From Alphaproteobacteria bacterium (GTDB taxonomy: Bacteria > Pseudomonadota > Alphaproteobacteria > CALKHQ01): a DNA stretch of 64,000 nt. The DNA is taken from assembly GCA_965227515.1 (NCBI GenBank), contig CBDDFZ010000001.1:160001-224000 (forward strand), read 5' to 3'. Position numbers and translations under genes: made by a program. Under the pieces are notes generated by a model, which searched no databases, was not told the origin of the DNA, and was given only the letters and a program-made list of their open reading frames with translations. This document shows, one piece after another, positions 1 to 9,790 of the stretch (position 1 is its first letter; every line of letters starts with the position of its first letter).

Positions 1-151
1 TGTATAGCCAGTCACGAAACCTTAAAAATGGGAAAGTTGAACTTGCCGTACTCTAAACGCCACGGATTACGCCCGGCGCAGAGGTGTTTGTGTCGCGGCG
101 GCCGCCCGGCCCGTGCTATGGCCTTCGGCCTGTCAAACTGGAGGATGGCCG

Positions 152-922
152 ATGAGCCGCGACCACGTTGCCATCAATCGTGACGTGTGGGACGCCGACG
201 CCAAGCATTGGGTGACGGCGGGCGAACACGCCTGGAATTCCGACGAGCCGGCTTGGGGGAATTGGCAAATACCCGAGGCGTCCCTCAAACTTTTTCGTTC
301 CGGACTGGCGAACAAGGACGCGATCGAGCTGGGCTGCGGAACCGGGTACGTTTCTGCCTGGATGGCCCGTCGCGGCGCGCGGGTCACAGCGATCGACGTC
401 TCTGCCAACCAGCTGGCCACCGCCCGCCGGCTGGCACGTCAGCACGGTGCCGACATCACCTTCATCGAAGGCAATGCCGAGGCCACTGGCCTGGACGCCG
501 CCTCATTCGATTTCGCGATCTCCGAATACGGCGCGGCCATCTGGTGCCCGCCCGGCGCGTGGCTGCGCGAGGCCTGGCGCTTGCTCCGCCCCGGCGGCGG
601 GCTGGTGTTCCTGGGTAATCACCCAATGGTGCTTCTGTGCTCACCCGAGGACGGCGCGCCGTGCGACACCACGCTGCATCGCCCTTATCGCGACATGTGG
701 GGGGCGGATTGGACCAAGGTCGAGCTCGACCCAAGCGGCGTTTGCTTCAACCTGACCATATCCGGCTGGATGCGCCTGTTCGCCGAGATCGGCTTCACCG
801 TCCGGGACTATCAGGAGATTTTCGCGCCTGACACCGAAACCGAGACCCGTGGCTTCGTTCCGGCCGAATGGGCCAAGAACTATCCGGTCGAGCAGGTCTG
901 GCACCTTGAGAAGCCCGCGTGA
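152..922 (+). CDS. Class I SAM-dependent methyltransferase
   Basis: SAM-binding motif IELGCGTG, followed by AIDVS and FDFAISEYG; ATG at 152 after a GGAGG RBS. Confidence 0.85.
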   Translation: MSRDHVAINRDVWDADAKHWVTAGEHAWNSDEPAWGNWQIPEASLKLFRSGLANKDAIELGCGTGYVSAWMARRGARVTAIDVSANQLATARRLARQHGADITFIEGNAEATGLDAASFDFAISEYGAAIWCPPGAWLREAWRLLRPGGGLVFLGNHPMVLLCSPEDGAPCDTTLHRPYRDMWGADWTKVELDPSGVCFNLTISGWMRLFAEIGFTVRDYQEIFAPDTETETRGFVPAEWAKNYPVEQVWHLEKPA

Positions 923-1011
923 CCGCGTCAGCCTGGGAGCGCACGCCAAGGTGGGGCTCACGATACCCACGTCTCGCACCCGTGTTGCTCGACCTCTGCA
1001 ACAAACTCTTT

Positions 1012-1042
1012 CGTCGCCCTCGCCCTTGTGGCGAGGGCCCAT
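1012..1042 (+). repeat. CGTC-tagged palindromic REP, left member of inverted pair 1
   Basis: CGTCGCCCTCGCCCTTGTGGCGAGGGCCCAT hairpin; related copies at 1262, 7977, 8125, 61254 and 63275. Confidence 0.85.
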
Positions 1043-1081
1043 GGACATGCACGAGTTCGATCTGTCGGATGTTCGCTGTTA

Positions 1082-1203
1082 GAGCATGATCACTTAAGTC
1101 GGCACCGGCCTTCTCCCCCACCCGGCCACCCACGAGAGTATCCTGCTGGGCGGCCGGGTGGGGGAGAGGGCTGGCGCAGACTCAGCGTAAGCTGACCCTG
1201 ATC
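1082..1203. mobile_element. ~122-bp TA-flanked MITE with a long internal hairpin (copy 1)
   Basis: TA-GAGCATGATC...GATC-TA ends; the whole element is homologous (inverted) to 26669-26792, and its core to 13547-13645. Confidence 0.7.
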
Positions 1204-1261
1204 TAGGCGGTGCCTCGCCACGCGGCGACAACCACGTGACGTGTCGGTGCATGGCCCAGGA

Positions 1262-1292
1262 ATGGGTCCTCGCCACAAGGGCGAGGACGACG
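1262..1292 (-). repeat. CGTC-type REP, right member of inverted pair 1
   Basis: ATGGGTCCTCGCCACAAGGGCGAGGACGACG, near reverse complement of 1012-1042. Confidence 0.85.
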
Positions 1293-1333
1293 AGAGCGGT
1301 TGGCGGAGAACGGTTGGCGGAGAACGGTTGGCG
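1292..1333. repeat. 3 x 14-bp tandem repeat GAGA(A/G)CGGTTGGCG
   Basis: Read directly from the sequence. Confidence 0.85.
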
Positions 1334-1392
1334 AGCGCTGCGCAGAGTTACGCGAACCCGGATGAGCCCCGGAACGAGCCAAGTGATCCCGA

Positions 1393-2229
1393 TCAAGACG
1401 CTTCGTCGGCTGCCTCGAACCAGTCGCGCGCCAGGTCGCCCCAGCCCGTTGTGAGCCCGTGGCCGCCCGGATGCAGGCAGAACTCGACGTCATGGCCGCT
1501 GCCGCACTCGTTCCAGATCCGGCACCAGTACAGGTCGCCCATCTCGATCGCATTCGGGTTGCTGCGGCACTGGTTGGTGGCGCGCAGCAGGGACAGCGAT
1601 TCGCCGACGTCGCCCTGGTGCCAGTCGCGGATGCCACGACCCTCCAGCGGCACCACGCCGTCCTCGAAGCCGTGAATGTGCAGCATGCGGAACGGCCCGC
1701 CGGGGCAGGTCTCCTCCGGTACCGGCCGCCTGAGCGCGCCGGAGATCGACACATAGCCCGCGAACCGGTCGCCAAGCTTGCAGCCCATCAGCCAGGCCAT
1801 CGAACCGCCGGCCGAGAACCCGCTGACCAGGATGTGGCGCTCGTCGACCGGGTAGGAGGCGATCACGCCCGCCATCACCGCCAGCGTGAAGGCGACATCG
1901 TCGCGCCCCACGCCGCCGGTATCGCGCGCCGGCCAGGCGCGGGTGGTGCGGCCCGGCATCATCGCGCCGTTGGGCGCCACCACCAGGTATCCGTGATCGC
2001 TGAACGCGGCGCGAATGCCGCTGCTGTTGACCACGCTGACGCCAGACGAGTTGTGCCCGTGATAGAACACCAGCACCGGCAGGGGCGTCTCGCCGTCCCA
2101 GCCGGCCGGGAACGACAGGTAGTACTCGCCCCCCTCCACCGTGCAGGGCGCATCGGCATTGCACGGCGTTTCCGCGATTGCCTGCAGCGGCCACATCGCC
2201 AGGATCGCGACAACGGTCATCCAGCGCAT
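1393..2229 (-). CDS. Secreted alpha/beta hydrolase, PHB depolymerase/LpqC-like esterase
   Basis: Signal peptide, LVFYHG, nucleophile motif GFSAGG, HIHGFEDGVVP, HPGGH; paralogue of 29687-30547. Confidence 0.8.
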   Translation of the reverse strand: MRWMTVVAILAMWPLQAIAETPCNADAPCTVEGGEYYLSFPAGWDGETPLPVLVFYHGHNSSGVSVVNSSGIRAAFSDHGYLVVAPNGAMMPGRTTRAWPARDTGGVGRDDVAFTLAVMAGVIASYPVDERHILVSGFSAGGSMAWLMGCKLGDRFAGYVSISGALRRPVPEETCPGGPFRMLHIHGFEDGVVPLEGRGIRDWHQGDVGESLSLLRATNQCRSNPNAIEMGDLYWCRIWNECGSGHDVEFCLHPGGHGLTTGWGDLARDWFEAADEAS

Positions 2230-2377
2230 TGGGCGGATCCCCTCGGTTGGGTATAGTCGCCGGACGTTACACCATGGGCGCAGCACCCGGCCGTCCGCGC
2301 CCGCTCACATGGCAGTCACATATGCGCGATGGCCCGCCGGGCCGCCAATCGCTTCGTCGAACCGAGAGAACCCATAC

Positions 2378-3547
2378 ATGACCCAGTCGTCCGATCCCGC
2401 CGTCATTATGCCCGCCGATGCCGACCAGGCCACACTGCTGGTGCGGATATGGCGCCCCGCGCCAGTGGATGGCCCCAGCGTCGTCACGGTCAGGTCCGGG
2501 CAGGTTATCGACATCACGGCGACCTTCCCGACCTGTTCCGACGCGCTGGACGCTGGCGACCCGGCGGCCGCGGTGGCGGCGGCGGATGGCGAGACCGTCG
2601 GCTCGGTGGCGGACGTGCTGTCCGGGTCGGGCGGCCTGCGCCTGCTGGCGCCTTGCGATCTGCAGGCCCTGAAGGCGGCCGGCGTCACCTTCGTGAAGAG
2701 CATGCTGGAGCGCGTGATCGAGGAGCGGGCGGGCGGCGACGCCAATGCGGCCGAGGACATCCGACGCACCATCAACGCGGAGATCGGCACCGACATCGGC
2801 GCCGTGAAGCCCGGTTCGGCACAGGCCGAGAAGCTGAAGCAGAGCCTGATCGAGCGCGGGCTGTGGTCGCAGTACCTCGAGGTCGGCATCGGCCCCGACG
2901 CCGAGGTGTTCACCAAGTCGCCGCCGATGGCCGCGGTCGGCCATGGCGCGGAGGTCGGCCTGCACCCGCGCTCGAGCTGGAACAATCCGGAGCCCGAGAT
3001 CGTGCTGGCCATCAACAGCCGGGGCGAGACGGTGGGCGTCAGCCTGGGCAATGATGTCAACCTGCGCGACTTCGAGGGGCGCAGTGCGCTGTTGCTGGGC
3101 AAGGCGAAGGACAACAACGCAAGCTGCGCCATCGGCCCGTTCATCCGGCTGTTCGACAGCAGCTTCTCCATCGACGACGTGCGCAGCGCCGAGGTCGCGC
3201 TGACGGTCAGCGGCACCGACGGGTTCGAGTTGACCGGGCGCTCGTCGATCAGCGAGATCAGCCGCGACCCGCTGGACCTGGCCGCCCAGACCATCGGCGC
3301 CAACCACCAGTACCCGGACGGGGTGATGCTGTTCACCGGCACCATGTTCGCGCCGACCGAGGATCGTGGCGCGGCCGGCAAGGGCTTCACCCACAAGCTG
3401 GGCGACGTGGTCACCATCTCCAGCCCGCGCCTGGGCGCGCTCACCAACACGGTGACCCACAGCGACAAGGCGGCGCCCTGGACCTTCGGCACCCGCGCGC
3501 TGATGGCCAACCTCGCCCGGCGCGGCCTGCTAGTGTCCCGAATCTGA
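2378..3547 (+). CDS. Fumarylacetoacetate hydrolase family protein (XylX-like sugar-acid dehydratase)
   Basis: KAAGVTF, WNNPEPE, GNDVNLRDFEGRSALLLGKAKD and HQYPDG motifs. Confidence 0.85.
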   Translation: MTQSSDPAVIMPADADQATLLVRIWRPAPVDGPSVVTVRSGQVIDITATFPTCSDALDAGDPAAAVAAADGETVGSVADVLSGSGGLRLLAPCDLQALKAAGVTFVKSMLERVIEERAGGDANAAEDIRRTINAEIGTDIGAVKPGSAQAEKLKQSLIERGLWSQYLEVGIGPDAEVFTKSPPMAAVGHGAEVGLHPRSSWNNPEPEIVLAINSRGETVGVSLGNDVNLRDFEGRSALLLGKAKDNNASCAIGPFIRLFDSSFSIDDVRSAEVALTVSGTDGFELTGRSSISEISRDPLDLAAQTIGANHQYPDGVMLFTGTMFAPTEDRGAAGKGFTHKLGDVVTISSPRLGALTNTVTHSDKAAPWTFGTRALMANLARRGLLVSRI

Positions 3548-3695
3548 AGTTCGTAACAGTGTTTGCTGGCCTCAATCGAACTTCAGATTCGATTGGGACA
3601 CTAGCAAGTTATTGAATCTAGTGTGGTTTCTGGTTTCGAAGTTCGTCAAGATGGCTGCGGCGATAATCGGACGAACTTCGAATCCACCACACTAG
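3530..3695. mobile_element. CTAG-bounded bipartite palindromic MITE/RIME-like repeat
   Basis: Two hairpins (3530-3604 and 3618-3695), each bounded by CTAG and sharing a GAAGTTCG/CGAACTTC core. Confidence 0.75.
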
Positions 3696-3880
3696 CCACG
3701 GATTGAGGCACACCTGACTGTGCCTTGTTCCGGGCCGCGTGACGTGATTTAACGCGCCAACCGTCGCGGGGGGCACGGCCAAGACGGTCTCGCCGCTCCG
3801 ACCTCAACGAAACGCGGTCCAATCGCTGCTGCGCCGGTACGCGGCACAGGCATGGGCGACCGACCGACGAGGGAGATCCC

Positions 3881-4783
3881 ATGCGTATGTTCGCGAAATC
3901 TATATTCGCCGCCACATTGCTGGGCGCGGCCGCCACGTCCGGCGCGTTCGCGCAGGAGGCGGACCAAGTGGTCGCCAGGGTCAACGGCATCGACGTCACG
4001 TTTGGCGATATTCAACTGTTCTATTCAGAGCTTCCCGAACAGTACCGGCAGTTGCCGTTCGAGATGCTGTACGAGAACCTGCTCGACAACGCGATCGACG
4101 GCGTGCTGCTACTGGAAGCCGCCAAGGCCGAGAGCCTGGACGAGGACCCGGACCTGCAGGCCGAGGTCGAGCGGTTCCGCGAGCGCACGATGCAGCGCCT
4201 CTATCTCGACAACGCCATGGACGCGGCGATCACCGACGAGCGCCTGCGCGAGATCTATGACGAGATGCTGGCCGGCATTCCGACGGAAGAGGAGATCAAG
4301 GCCCGTCACATCCTGCTGGAGAGCGAGGAAGACGCCCTGGCCGTGATCGCCGAGCTGGACGGCGGCGCGGACTTCGCCACCCTGGCGCAGGAGCAGTCCA
4401 CCGGCCCGTCCGGCCCGCAGGGCGGCGACCTGGGCTGGTTCACCCGCGGCCGCATGGTGCCGGAATTCGAGGAAGCCGCGTTCGCGCTGGAAACCGGCAG
4501 CTACTCCGCAGCACCGGTGCAGACCCAGTTCGGCTGGCACGTGATCCTGGTCGAGGAGCGCCGCGAGGTGCCGCCGCCGGCCTTCGAGGAAGTGCGCAGC
4601 CAGCTCGTCAACGAACTGAGCCAGGAAGTCGTCAATGACGTGCTGGCCGACCTGCGCGACGGCGTGGAGATCGAGAAGTTCGCCATGGACGGCACCCCGC
4701 TGGGCGAAGACGTGCCCGAGGATGGTGGCGAGGACGGTGGCGATGATGATGGCTCCGACGACGAGTCGGGCCCGGACGAGTAG
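3881..4783 (+). CDS. Periplasmic parvulin-type (PpiC) peptidyl-prolyl isomerase
   Basis: Signal peptide; ARHIL, GGDLGWF, MVPEFEEAAF and TQFGWHVI motifs; usual position upstream of argJ. Confidence 0.9.
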   Translation: MRMFAKSIFAATLLGAAATSGAFAQEADQVVARVNGIDVTFGDIQLFYSELPEQYRQLPFEMLYENLLDNAIDGVLLLEAAKAESLDEDPDLQAEVERFRERTMQRLYLDNAMDAAITDERLREIYDEMLAGIPTEEEIKARHILLESEEDALAVIAELDGGADFATLAQEQSTGPSGPQGGDLGWFTRGRMVPEFEEAAFALETGSYSAAPVQTQFGWHVILVEERREVPPPAFEEVRSQLVNELSQEVVNDVLADLRDGVEIEKFAMDGTPLGEDVPEDGGEDGGDDDGSDDESGPDE

Positions 4784-4804
4784 ACAGACGAGTAGACCAC
4801 GGCT

Positions 4805-6043
4805 ATGGCCAAGCACCTGCCGGTTTCGCCGCTGGCACCGGCCAGCACGCCTGAATTGCCGCCGATCGGTGGCGTCCGCCTGACCGCGGATGCCGCCGGC
4901 CTGCGCTATTCGGGCCGCCCGGACCTGACATTGGTGGCGCTGGACCCCGGCACCTCCGTTGCCGGCGTACTGACACAGTCGACCACCGCCGGGGCACCGG
5001 TGGACTGGTGCCGGCCGCGGATCCGTGGCGGCAGCGGCCGCGCGGTCGTCGTCAACGCCGGCAATGCCAACGTGATGACCGGCGAGACCGGCAAGGTGAC
5101 GGTGGAGCGCACCGCCGAGGCCGCGGCGGACATCGTAGGCTGCGCGCCGGACGAGGTGTTCATCGCGTCCACCGGCGTCATCGGCCAGCCGCTCTATGCC
5201 GACAAGATCGTCGCCGGGCTGCAGAAGATCGCGCCGTCGCTCTCCGATGACGGCTGGTCGCGTGCCTCGAACGCGATCATGACCACCGATACGTTCGCCA
5301 AGTGCGCCACCGCCACCGCCGAGATCGACGGCGTGCCGGTGCGCATCAACGGGTTCGCCAAGGGCAGCGGCATGATCCAGCCCAACATGGCGACCATGCT
5401 GGCGTTCCTGTTCACCGATGCCGCGGTTGCGCCGGGCGCATTGCAAGCGATGCTGAGCCACGCCAACGACCGCTCGTTCAACTGCGTCACGGTCGACAGC
5501 GACACCTCCACCAGCGACACCTGCCTGCTGTTCGCCACCGGCAAGGCCGGGCACAAGCCCATCGACGATGCCGGCGACCGGCGGGCGCGCGGGTTCCGCA
5601 GTGCGCTGGAGAAGGTGATGGTGGAGCTGGCGCAACTGATCGCCCGCGACGGCGAGGGCGCGCAGAAGTTCATCACCGTCAACGTGACCGGCGCCACCTC
5701 GCGCCAGGCGGCACGGCGGATCGCCATGTCGGTGGCGAACTCGCCCCTGGTGAAGACCGCGATTGCCGGCGAGGACGCCAATTGGGGCCGCATCGCGATG
5801 GCGGTCGGCAAGTGCGGCGAGAAGGCCGACCGCGAGACCCTGACCATCGCCATCGGCGGCGTGCCCATCGCCGAGGAGGGCGGCGTGCGCCCCGGCTATG
5901 ACGAGGCGCCGGTGCAGGCGCATATCGAGGGCCGCGAGGTCGACATCGACATCGACATCGGCATCGGCCGCGGCAAGGCCACGGTGTGGACCTGCGACCT
6001 GACACACGGCTACATCGACATCAACGCCGACTACCGGACCTGA
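4805..6043 (+). CDS. argJ: Bifunctional glutamate N-acetyltransferase/amino-acid acetyltransferase ArgJ
   Basis: KGSGMIQPNMATML autocleavage motif, DSDTSTSD, and C-terminal TCDLTHGYIDINADYRT. Confidence 0.97.
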   Translation: MAKHLPVSPLAPASTPELPPIGGVRLTADAAGLRYSGRPDLTLVALDPGTSVAGVLTQSTTAGAPVDWCRPRIRGGSGRAVVVNAGNANVMTGETGKVTVERTAEAAADIVGCAPDEVFIASTGVIGQPLYADKIVAGLQKIAPSLSDDGWSRASNAIMTTDTFAKCATATAEIDGVPVRINGFAKGSGMIQPNMATMLAFLFTDAAVAPGALQAMLSHANDRSFNCVTVDSDTSTSDTCLLFATGKAGHKPIDDAGDRRARGFRSALEKVMVELAQLIARDGEGAQKFITVNVTGATSRQAARRIAMSVANSPLVKTAIAGEDANWGRIAMAVGKCGEKADRETLTIAIGGVPIAEEGGVRPGYDEAPVQAHIEGREVDIDIDIGIGRGKATVWTCDLTHGYIDINADYRT

Positions 6044-6047
6044 GCCG

Positions 6048-7025
6048 ATGACCGCGCCGGTGGACTGGATGCGGGTGGACTGGATCCCGTGGCGGACCGA
6101 GCGCCTGACCCTGCGGCTGCCGACCGAGGCCGACACCGACCTGATCGTCGCCGGGGCCAATGACCCCGAGGTCGCGCTGAAGACCGCCAATATCCCGCTC
6201 CCCTACGAGCGCCAGGACGCCGAGACCTTCATCGAGCTGTCGCGCGCCGGTTTCGAGAAGGGGCGCAGCCTGTCGCTGGTCGCCGCCGGGCGCGAGGACG
6301 ACCGCTTGATCGGCTGCGGCGGCCTGTTCGTCGACTGGCTGCGCAACTCCGGCGTGATCGGCTACTGGCTTGCCAAGCCGCATTGGGGCCAGGGCTATGG
6401 CAGCGAGATCGGCCGCGCCCTGGTCGAGATCGGGTTCGAGCGCCTGGGGCTGGAGCGCATGGAAGCGGCCGCCCTGCCCGACAACCCGGCATCGATCAGG
6501 GTGCAGGAAAAGCTCGGCATGCGCTATTTCATGAGCCGCACCGACGATGCGCCGGCACGCGACAAGCCGCAGCAGGTGGTGGTGCGCCAGGTGTTCCGCC
6601 GGGACTACCTGGCGACCACGGGGCGGGTGCCGACCGTGCTGGTCGCCGCGGTGGCGCTGATCGACCCCGACGGCCGGGTGCTGCTGGCGCAGCGGCCCGA
6701 GGGCAAGACCATGGCCGGCTTGTGGGAGTTCCCCGGCGGCAAGGTGCGGCCCGGCGAGACGCCGGAAGCGGCCCTGATCCGCGAGCTGGACGAGGAGCTG
6801 GATGTCGACACCAAGGAAAGCTGCCTCGCCCCCCTCAGTTTCGCCAGCCATCGCTACGACGACTTCCACCTGCTGATGCCGCTCTATGCCTGCCGCCGCT
6901 GGTGGCGCACGCCGCGCCCGTGCGAGGGCCAGGTCCTGAAATGGGTGCGGCCGCGCGACATGAAGGACTATCCCATGCCGCCGGCCGACAAGCCGCTGGT
7001 CGCGGTGCTGCGGGATTGGCTGTAG
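6048..7025 (+). CDS. mutT: RimJ-type GNAT acetyltransferase fused to a MutT/Nudix 8-oxo-dGTPase
   Basis: N-terminal TERLTLR...GYWL..HWGQGYG...NPAS; C-terminal WEFPGGK...RELDEELD Nudix box; argJ-mutT synteny. Confidence 0.85.
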   Translation: MTAPVDWMRVDWIPWRTERLTLRLPTEADTDLIVAGANDPEVALKTANIPLPYERQDAETFIELSRAGFEKGRSLSLVAAGREDDRLIGCGGLFVDWLRNSGVIGYWLAKPHWGQGYGSEIGRALVEIGFERLGLERMEAAALPDNPASIRVQEKLGMRYFMSRTDDAPARDKPQQVVVRQVFRRDYLATTGRVPTVLVAAVALIDPDGRVLLAQRPEGKTMAGLWEFPGGKVRPGETPEAALIRELDEELDVDTKESCLAPLSFASHRYDDFHLLMPLYACRRWWRTPRPCEGQVLKWVRPRDMKDYPMPPADKPLVAVLRDWL

Positions 7026-7059
7026 TCTCATTGGCCGAACGACACATCGGTTCGCCGTC

Positions 7060-7938
7060 ATGTCCCAGCCCGAATTCCTGACCACGCGCGAAGTCGCCGA
7101 CCTGCTGCGGGTGAAGGAGCGCAAGGTCTATGAGCTGGCGTCGGCGGGCGAGTTGCCGTGCCGGCGGCTGACCGGCAAGCTGCTGTTCCCGCGCGCGGAA
7201 ATCGAGCACATGCTGCGCGGCGGTGACGGGCCGGCGGCACAGACGGCCGGCTCGCGACCGGGCGTACTGGTCGGCAGCCACGACCCGCTGCTGGAATGGG
7301 CCGCGCGGGAGGCCGGCAGCGGGCTCGCCGCGTTCTTCGACGGCAGCCTGGACGGGCTCGACCGGTTCGCCGGCGGCGAGGCGATTGCCTGCGGCATGCA
7401 CGTTTTCGAACAGTCGGACGGGTGGAACGTCAGCCACGTCAGCCGCCAGTGCGCCGATCAGCCGGCGGTGCTGGTGGAGTGGGCACGACGGCGGCAAGGG
7501 CTGATCGTCGGCGGCGGGGCGGCGGGCAGCATCCGCTCGGTCGGCGATCTGGCCGGGCGCACCGTCGCCCTGCGCCAGCCGACCGCCGGCGGGCGCATTC
7601 TGTTCGACCATCTGCTGGGTGCCGCGGGGCTGGCCGCCGATGCCCTGGAGGTACTGCCGGCCCCGGCGCGCACGGAGACCGACATCGCCGCCGCCGTCGC
7701 CAACGGATCGGCCGATGCCGCCCTGGGCCTGGAGGCGATGGCGCGCCAGTTCAGGCTCGACTTCGTGCCGCTGGTGGAGGAGCGCTTCGACCTGCTGGTC
7801 TGGCGCCAGGCCTGGTTCGAGCCGCCGATGCAGCGCCTGCTGGCGTTCTGCCGCACTCCGGCCTTCGCCGAGAAAGCGCGCGACCTGGGCGGCTACGATG
7901 TTTCCGGCCACGGCGCGGTGCACTGGAACGGGCCTTAG
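7060..7938 (+). CDS. Excisionase-type HTH plus periplasmic-binding-like domain regulator (molybdate/tungstate-responsive type)
   Basis: FLTTREVADLLRV HTH; GSHD, GSLDGL and RRRQGL motifs; adjacent to tupABC. Confidence 0.8.
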   Translation: MSQPEFLTTREVADLLRVKERKVYELASAGELPCRRLTGKLLFPRAEIEHMLRGGDGPAAQTAGSRPGVLVGSHDPLLEWAAREAGSGLAAFFDGSLDGLDRFAGGEAIACGMHVFEQSDGWNVSHVSRQCADQPAVLVEWARRRQGLIVGGGAAGSIRSVGDLAGRTVALRQPTAGGRILFDHLLGAAGLAADALEVLPAPARTETDIAAAVANGSADAALGLEAMARQFRLDFVPLVEERFDLLVWRQAWFEPPMQRLLAFCRTPAFAEKARDLGGYDVSGHGAVHWNGP

Positions 7939-7976
7939 GCCCTGATTGTCATAACGTGTCGCCTTCGCCACCCCTT

Positions 7977-8007
7977 CGTCATCCTCGGGCTTGTCCCGAG
8001 GATCCAT
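7977..8007 (+). repeat. CGTC-type REP, left member of pair 2
   Basis: CGTCATCCTCGGGCTTGTCCCGAGGATCCAT. Confidence 0.85.
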
Positions 8008-8124
8008 CCTTGTCCAATGCGCAAGAAATCCGGTCGGTTGGGTAGGCCGATGTGGCAGCCGCCCTCAACTGGCCTTCTGCGGCAGCAACCCGCCAGAACT
8101 GGACATCGCGAGCCTTGCATCTGA

Positions 8125-8155
8125 ATGGGCCCTCGCCACAAGGGCGAGGGCGACA
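8125..8155 (-). repeat. CGTC-type REP, right member of pair 2
   Basis: ATGGGCCCTCGCCACAAGGGCGAGGGCGACA. Confidence 0.85.
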
Positions 8156-8173
8156 AGTGATTATGATGATCCC

Positions 8174-8998
8174 TCACCCGCCCGCGGCGGCGTTGGGGAA
8201 GAACAGTTGCTCGCCCTCGATGGTGTAGGACGCAATCGCCGCCTGGCCGTCGCCCGACAGCACCCAGTCGACGAAGCGCTGGCCCAAATCGGACTTCACG
8301 TTCGCATGCACCTGCGGATTGACCAGGATGATGCCGTACTGGTTGAACAGCCGCCGGTCGCCCTCCACCGCGATGTGCTGGTCGCCCTTGTTGGCGAAGC
8401 TGATCCACGTCGCCCGGTCGCTCAGCACGTAGGCCCCCATCTCGGTCGCGATGTTGAGGGTGGCCCCCATGCCGGCACCGACCTCGCGGTACCAGCCGCC
8501 GGACCCGGCGGTGGGATCGATGCCGGCCTCGGCCCACAGCCGCATCTCCGCCTTGTGGGTGCCGCTGTCGTCGCCGCGCGAGGCGAACGGCGCCGCGGCC
8601 GCCGCGATGGCCTGCAACGCCACCACCGCGTCGTCGGAGCCGGCAACCGCCGCCGGGTCGCCAGCCGGGCCGACGATGACGAAGTCGTTGTACATCACGT
8701 CGAAACGCGCCACGCCCAGCCCGGCCGCCACGAACGCCTCCTCGTCGGGCCGCGAGTGCACCAGCAGCACGTCGCCGTCGCCATTGGCCGCGTTCTTGAT
8801 CGCCTGTCCGGTGCCGACCGCGACCACCCGCACCTCGATCCCGGTCTCGTCGGTGAACATCGGCAGGATATGGTCGAACAGGCCCGAATTCTGGGTCGAG
8901 GTGGTCGACTGCACGATGATGAAGTCGTCGTCGGCGTGCGCGGCATGGCCAAGTGCAATCAACGCGGTCGCAGCGATCAGGAATAGTCGGCGTAACAT
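8174..8998 (-). CDS. tupA: Tungstate ABC transporter substrate-binding protein
   Basis: TTS motif (QSTTSTQNSGL), VGTGQA, SRGDDSGTH, YVLSDRATW. Confidence 0.92.
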   Translation of the reverse strand: MLRRLFLIAATALIALGHAAHADDDFIIVQSTTSTQNSGLFDHILPMFTDETGIEVRVVAVGTGQAIKNAANGDGDVLLVHSRPDEEAFVAAGLGVARFDVMYNDFVIVGPAGDPAAVAGSDDAVVALQAIAAAAAPFASRGDDSGTHKAEMRLWAEAGIDPTAGSGGWYREVGAGMGATLNIATEMGAYVLSDRATWISFANKGDQHIAVEGDRRLFNQYGIILVNPQVHANVKSDLGQRFVDWVLSGDGQAAIASYTIEGEQLFFPNAAAGG

Positions 8999-9019
8999 CG
9001 GTGTCCCCCTCGGTTCGGT

Positions 9020-9790
9020 TCAGACGAGCAGGCGCCCGTCGAGATAGGCGCGGCCGGCGGCACTGGCCGGGCGGTCGAAGAATTCTGCGGCCGGCGAATG
9101 CTCGGTCACCCGGCCGCGGTGCAGGAACACCACGTCGCCGGCAATGCGCCGGGCCTGGCCGGCGTCGTGGGTGACCATCACCACCTTGGCGCCACGGGCC
9201 TGCGCGGCGGCGACAATGGCCTCGATGGCGGCGGTGGATTGCGGGTCCAGGTTCGCGGTCGGCTCGTCGAGCAGAAGGAGTTCCGGCTCCGACGCCAGTG
9301 CGCGGACGACAGCAAGCCGCTGCTGCTCGCCGCCGGAGAGTACGCGCGCCGGGCGGCGGCTCATCTCGCCGAGCTGAGCCAGCTCAAGCAGGCGGGCGAT
9401 GCGCCCGGCCCGCGCGGCGGACGGCACCCCGCTGGCCTTGAGCGCGTGGCCCAAATTGCCGGCGACCGACCGGCGCAACAGCACCGGGCGCTGGAACACC
9501 ATCGCCACACGGCGGCGCGCGCTCGACGGGCGCATGCCGCCGCCCCAGGCAATCGACCCCGCCGTCGGCTGGATCAGCCCCATGATCAGCCGCAGCATCA
9601 GGCTCTTGCCGGCGCCGTTCGCGCCCATCACCGCCGTCGGCGCACCGGCCGCAATCGTCAGGTCCAGGCCGTCGATCAGCCGCTTGCCATCGACCGCGTA
9701 GGCCAGCCCGCGCAATGCCACCGGCAGGACCGAGCGGGCATCGGCGGGCGGCGGGACGTGGCTGTCGAACGGCATCGCGCGGTCAGCCAT
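9020..9790 (-). CDS. tupC: Tungstate ABC transporter ATPase
   Basis: Walker A GANGAGKS, signature LSGGEQQR, Walker B LLLLDE; operon context. Confidence 0.88.
   Translation of the reverse strand: MADRAMPFDSHVPPPADARSVLPVALRGLAYAVDGKRLIDGLDLTIAAGAPTAVMGANGAGKSLMLRLIMGLIQPTAGSIAWGGGMRPSSARRRVAMVFQRPVLLRRSVAGNLGHALKASGVPSAARAGRIARLLELAQLGEMSRRPARVLSGGEQQRLAVVRALASEPELLLLDEPTANLDPQSTAAIEAIVAAAQARGAKVVMVTHDAGQARRIAGDVVFLHRGRVTEHSPAAEFFDRPASAAGRAYLDGRLLV

Noticed and set aside
1012-1333. Clustered palindromic repeats as a CRISPR array
   Set aside because: The repeats are inverted pairs or spacerless tandem copies rather than direct repeats with unique 30-40 bp spacers, and there are no cas genes.
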